A stretch of DNA of 45,463 bases from an uncultured Eubacteriales bacterium (GTDB taxonomy: Bacteria > Actinomycetota > Coriobacteriia > Anaerosomatales > JAAXUF01): the NCBI GenBank assembly GCA_964541225.1, contig CAZIPN010000011.1, positions 17,976 through 63,438 on the forward strand, read 5' to 3'. Positions within the stretch are counted from its first letter, which is position 1; each line of letters starts with the position of its first letter. Made by a program: the position numbers and the translations under genes. This document shows, piece after piece, positions 43,515 to 45,463 of the stretch. The notes below the pieces were generated by a model. That model was not told the origin of the DNA and did not search any database. It saw only the letters and a program-made list of their open reading frames with translations.

Positions 43515-44090
43515 CTAGGGGTCGGTCCGCGCCGCATTCGGTTGCGGCAAGAAGAACTCCAAGAATATGAACGAGGTCAGCGCCCAGATACCCAAGACAC
43601 GAGTCGCCGGGCCCCAGTCAAACGGCAGCACAGCAATCGCTGCAAGCGGAGGACTGGCCGCATCGAAGAGGCCCGCCTCATAGGCAATGTAGGCGATTGT
43701 GCTCAGGAGTACCTCCGCGCCGAGGAGTACGGCCACTCCCCACCAGCGTCGAGAACCACGGCTCCACTTCGCTCCCAGTAGAGCCGCCACCGCAAGACCA
43801 AGCACGAACGAAAACCAACCCGGCATAGGTCCCAAGAGCGAGTTCGACACCATGTTCACGAGCCACGAGGCGAGAGCCGTGCCCATCGCAAGGCCCGCAG
43901 CAACAGGAGCCGTGAAGCCCTGTCGCGAAGCCACGAATGCGAAGACGCCGACCAGCCCGGCGTAATACAGAGGCCTTCCGACAAGCTCCAGCGACAGAGA
44001 TGCCGAGACCACGAAAGACAAGATGGCCGAAAACGCAAAAGCGGCGGCGTAGACGACCAACGCGTCACGCCACTCAAACCCCGATCCCAC
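43515..44090 (-). CDS. Hypothetical multi-pass membrane protein
   Basis: About 6 TM helices; GTG start behind GGGGGAG. Confidence 0.68.
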   Translation of the reverse strand: MGSGFEWRDALVVYAAAFAFSAILSFVVSASLSLELVGRPLYYAGLVGVFAFVASRQGFTAPVAAGLAMGTALASWLVNMVSNSLLGPMPGWFSFVLGLAVAALLGAKWSRGSRRWWGVAVLLGAEVLLSTIAYIAYEAGLFDAASPPLAAIAVLPFDWGPATRVLGIWALTSFIFLEFFLPQPNAARTDP

Positions 44091-44337
44091 AGATGTCTCC
44101 CCCTTGCCTGTCATCCAGATGTACTGCGCGCGAGGAGCGCGCACCTGCTGTGCATTCAGGTAATTGTAGCTGGCCGAGTCAGGCGGAGGCGACCGTGCGC
44201 CCGAACACGCGGGATCTGCAGCGGCTGCGAGCGTGTCTCGGCGTCCCGACCTCGCGTCCCTGTGGCTTCGAGCCGACCCCGCGGGAGTGGCCGACGGCGT
44301 TTGTCGGCGTTCCGCCCGTGTCGTCCACAGGGATGCG

Positions 44338-44365
44338 TCAAGGTCGGCTGGGACAATGCCGATAT
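44338..44365 (+). promoter_or_regulatory. Sigma-28 (FliA/WhiG)-like promoter TCAAG-N15-GCCGATAT
   Basis: Matches the TAAA/TCAAG...GCCGATAA consensus, 68 nt upstream of ATG 44433. Confidence 0.6.
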
Positions 44366-44432
44366 TTCCCAGAACAATGAGTGCCCGGATTTCCTGAACA
44401 GAAGGAACCCGGCACGGGGGAAGGGAGTTGCG

Positions 44433-44792
44433 ATGGACACGGCATACCGGCGCTGGTTCTGCTCGCCCTCCGACCTGGTCGGACTAAACGCCCGGCAGGC
44501 TCGGGACCTCATCGTGCGATGCTTCTTCGAGGCACAGCACGAGGCGTTGGTACGGAGCAACGAACTCGGGGGTCGAGACGCCGATTCCACCGCCATTCGC
44601 GCACAGGCTCAAGGCGCGGTGCGAGAGGCGTTTGAGCGAACCGGTGGCAACTTCAGGAATCCGGACAAGATGAGTTTGGTTCGCGTCTTGGGAGGACTCG
44701 CCGAGAGCGCAAAGGCGCTGGGTACGCCGAGAGACATCATCGAGCACCACACGCAGCAAATCGTGACGGTGTTGGCAGAGCTCCCAGACTGA
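44433..44792 (+). CDS. Hypothetical soluble helical protein (119 aa)
   Basis: SD AAGGGAG; MDTAYRRWFCSPSDL..ARDLIVRCFFEAQHE..IIEHH. Confidence 0.8.
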   Translation: MDTAYRRWFCSPSDLVGLNARQARDLIVRCFFEAQHEALVRSNELGGRDADSTAIRAQAQGAVREAFERTGGNFRNPDKMSLVRVLGGLAESAKALGTPRDIIEHHTQQIVTVLAELPD

Positions 44793-44891
44793 GTGCGCGT
44801 CCGCGCGAGATGAGGAGTACGGACCTCCCCTCAGGCGAGGCATGGTTTCGTACCGCTGGCCCCCAGTCCGATTGCTCGCCACATTGAGGCG

Positions 44892-44936
44892 ATGATGTAC
44901 GTAGCTCTGCTGCGCGGTGTCAACGTAGGCGGCCAC
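44892..44936 (+). pseudogene. 5' remnant of a DUF1697-family gene
   Basis: GAGG then MMYVALLRGVNVGGH, the conserved DUF1697 N-terminus. The frame then runs into the antisense of the next gene and stops. Confidence 0.75.
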
Positions 44937-44957
44937 GACACGCCACCCGCGGCTCCA

Positions 44958-45362
44958 CTATCTGGTCAGCGTGATCGAATCGAGGAGCGGTACGACCACC
45001 ATGAGGTAGTAGAGAACCGAGAACCCCAGATAGGCCAGCGCAGGAACGAATAGCAATCCGAGCCAGTAGCGCCTGGCCAAGACGAGCATCCCGATGAACA
45101 CAATGATGTCCAGAAGCACCGCGATTACAGGTGTCAGGCCAACGCGATTCATGTTGAAGAGCACTGGCGACGCAGCCGGAACCTCGCCGCCCGCGTTGGC
45201 CACCAAACGATCGATCAGACCAGCCGAAGACACCTGCCACCAGTTCAACGCCACGAAGGGCAGCGACACCAAGCCTGCGATGGCCGTCACCACCCAGAAG
45301 CCATCGCTCTCGCTCTTGGCGTCCGGCTGCTCGTGACCGGACTCGGCCTGTGAATCGCTCAC
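44958..45362 (-). CDS. Hypothetical membrane protein (3 TM)
   Basis: GTG behind GAGGA, 21 nt after the hemerythrin stop. Confidence 0.7.
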   Translation of the reverse strand: MSDSQAESGHEQPDAKSESDGFWVVTAIAGLVSLPFVALNWWQVSSAGLIDRLVANAGGEVPAASPVLFNMNRVGLTPVIAVLLDIIVFIGMLVLARRYWLGLLFVPALAYLGFSVLYYLMVVVPLLDSITLTR

Positions 45363-45383
45363 CCTGTCCTCGGTTCTCCCGGC

Positions 45384-45463
45384 CTACCCGCGATTGGCCC
45401 GGATGAACTCGCCGATCTTCTTGTCCTCGGTGCCGATGTGCTCTTGCAGCCACTGCCGCAGGA
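45384..45463 (-). CDS. Hemerythrin-family protein, C-terminal end (partial)
   Basis: Not in the ORF track. Manual translation gives ..LRQWLQEHIGTEDKKIGEFIRANRG*, containing the WLxxHIxxxD diiron-ligand motif. Confidence 0.85.
   Translation of the reverse strand, partial: LRQWLQEHIGTEDKKIGEFIRANRG

Noticed and set aside
35112-45362. Integron cassette array
   Set aside because: No recurring RYYYAAC...GTTRRRY attC-like structure in the spacers, no integrase, and the genes appear to have their own promoters.

Overview
High-GC bacterial chromosome segment, almost entirely on the minus strand. Gene content and order suggest a deep-branching actinobacterium, possibly Coriobacteriia-like; this is an inference. 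Bases 1-28.8 kb form an amino-acid biosynthesis supercluster: T-box riboswitch > ilvD-ilvB-ilvN-ilvC-(class V aminotransferase)-serA-leuA-leuC-leuD-leuB-ilvE-cimA-(FAH family), then a TrpR/YerC-family regulator, dnaE and the his operon (hisZ-G-D-C-B-H-A-F-I-E, cut at the left edge). Bases 28.9-35 kb hold a beta-propeller protein, an isocitrate dehydrogenase, a HEAT-like protein, an FKBP, a methyltransferase, an I42 protease inhibitor and an SDR. Bases 35-45.5 kb are an accessory run of small lipoprotein/membrane genes with gene remnants, ending in a partial hemerythrin. I found no tRNA, rRNA, CRISPR array, integrase or transposase, and no obvious new multi-gene system. The most interesting signals are regulatory or structural: (1) a 20-bp palindrome over the his promoter near a YerC/HisR-like gene; (2) a full-length, probably transcriptional T-box with overlapping AUC/CUC specifier codons; (3) a candidate Leu leader peptide before leuA that uses five different Leu codons; (4) stop-codon-spanning 23-24 bp tandem repeats, one of which forms an open in-frame N-terminal extension of IlvC; (5) a sigma-28-like promoter inside a long inverted repeat. 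All calls are by eye; no database searches were run.
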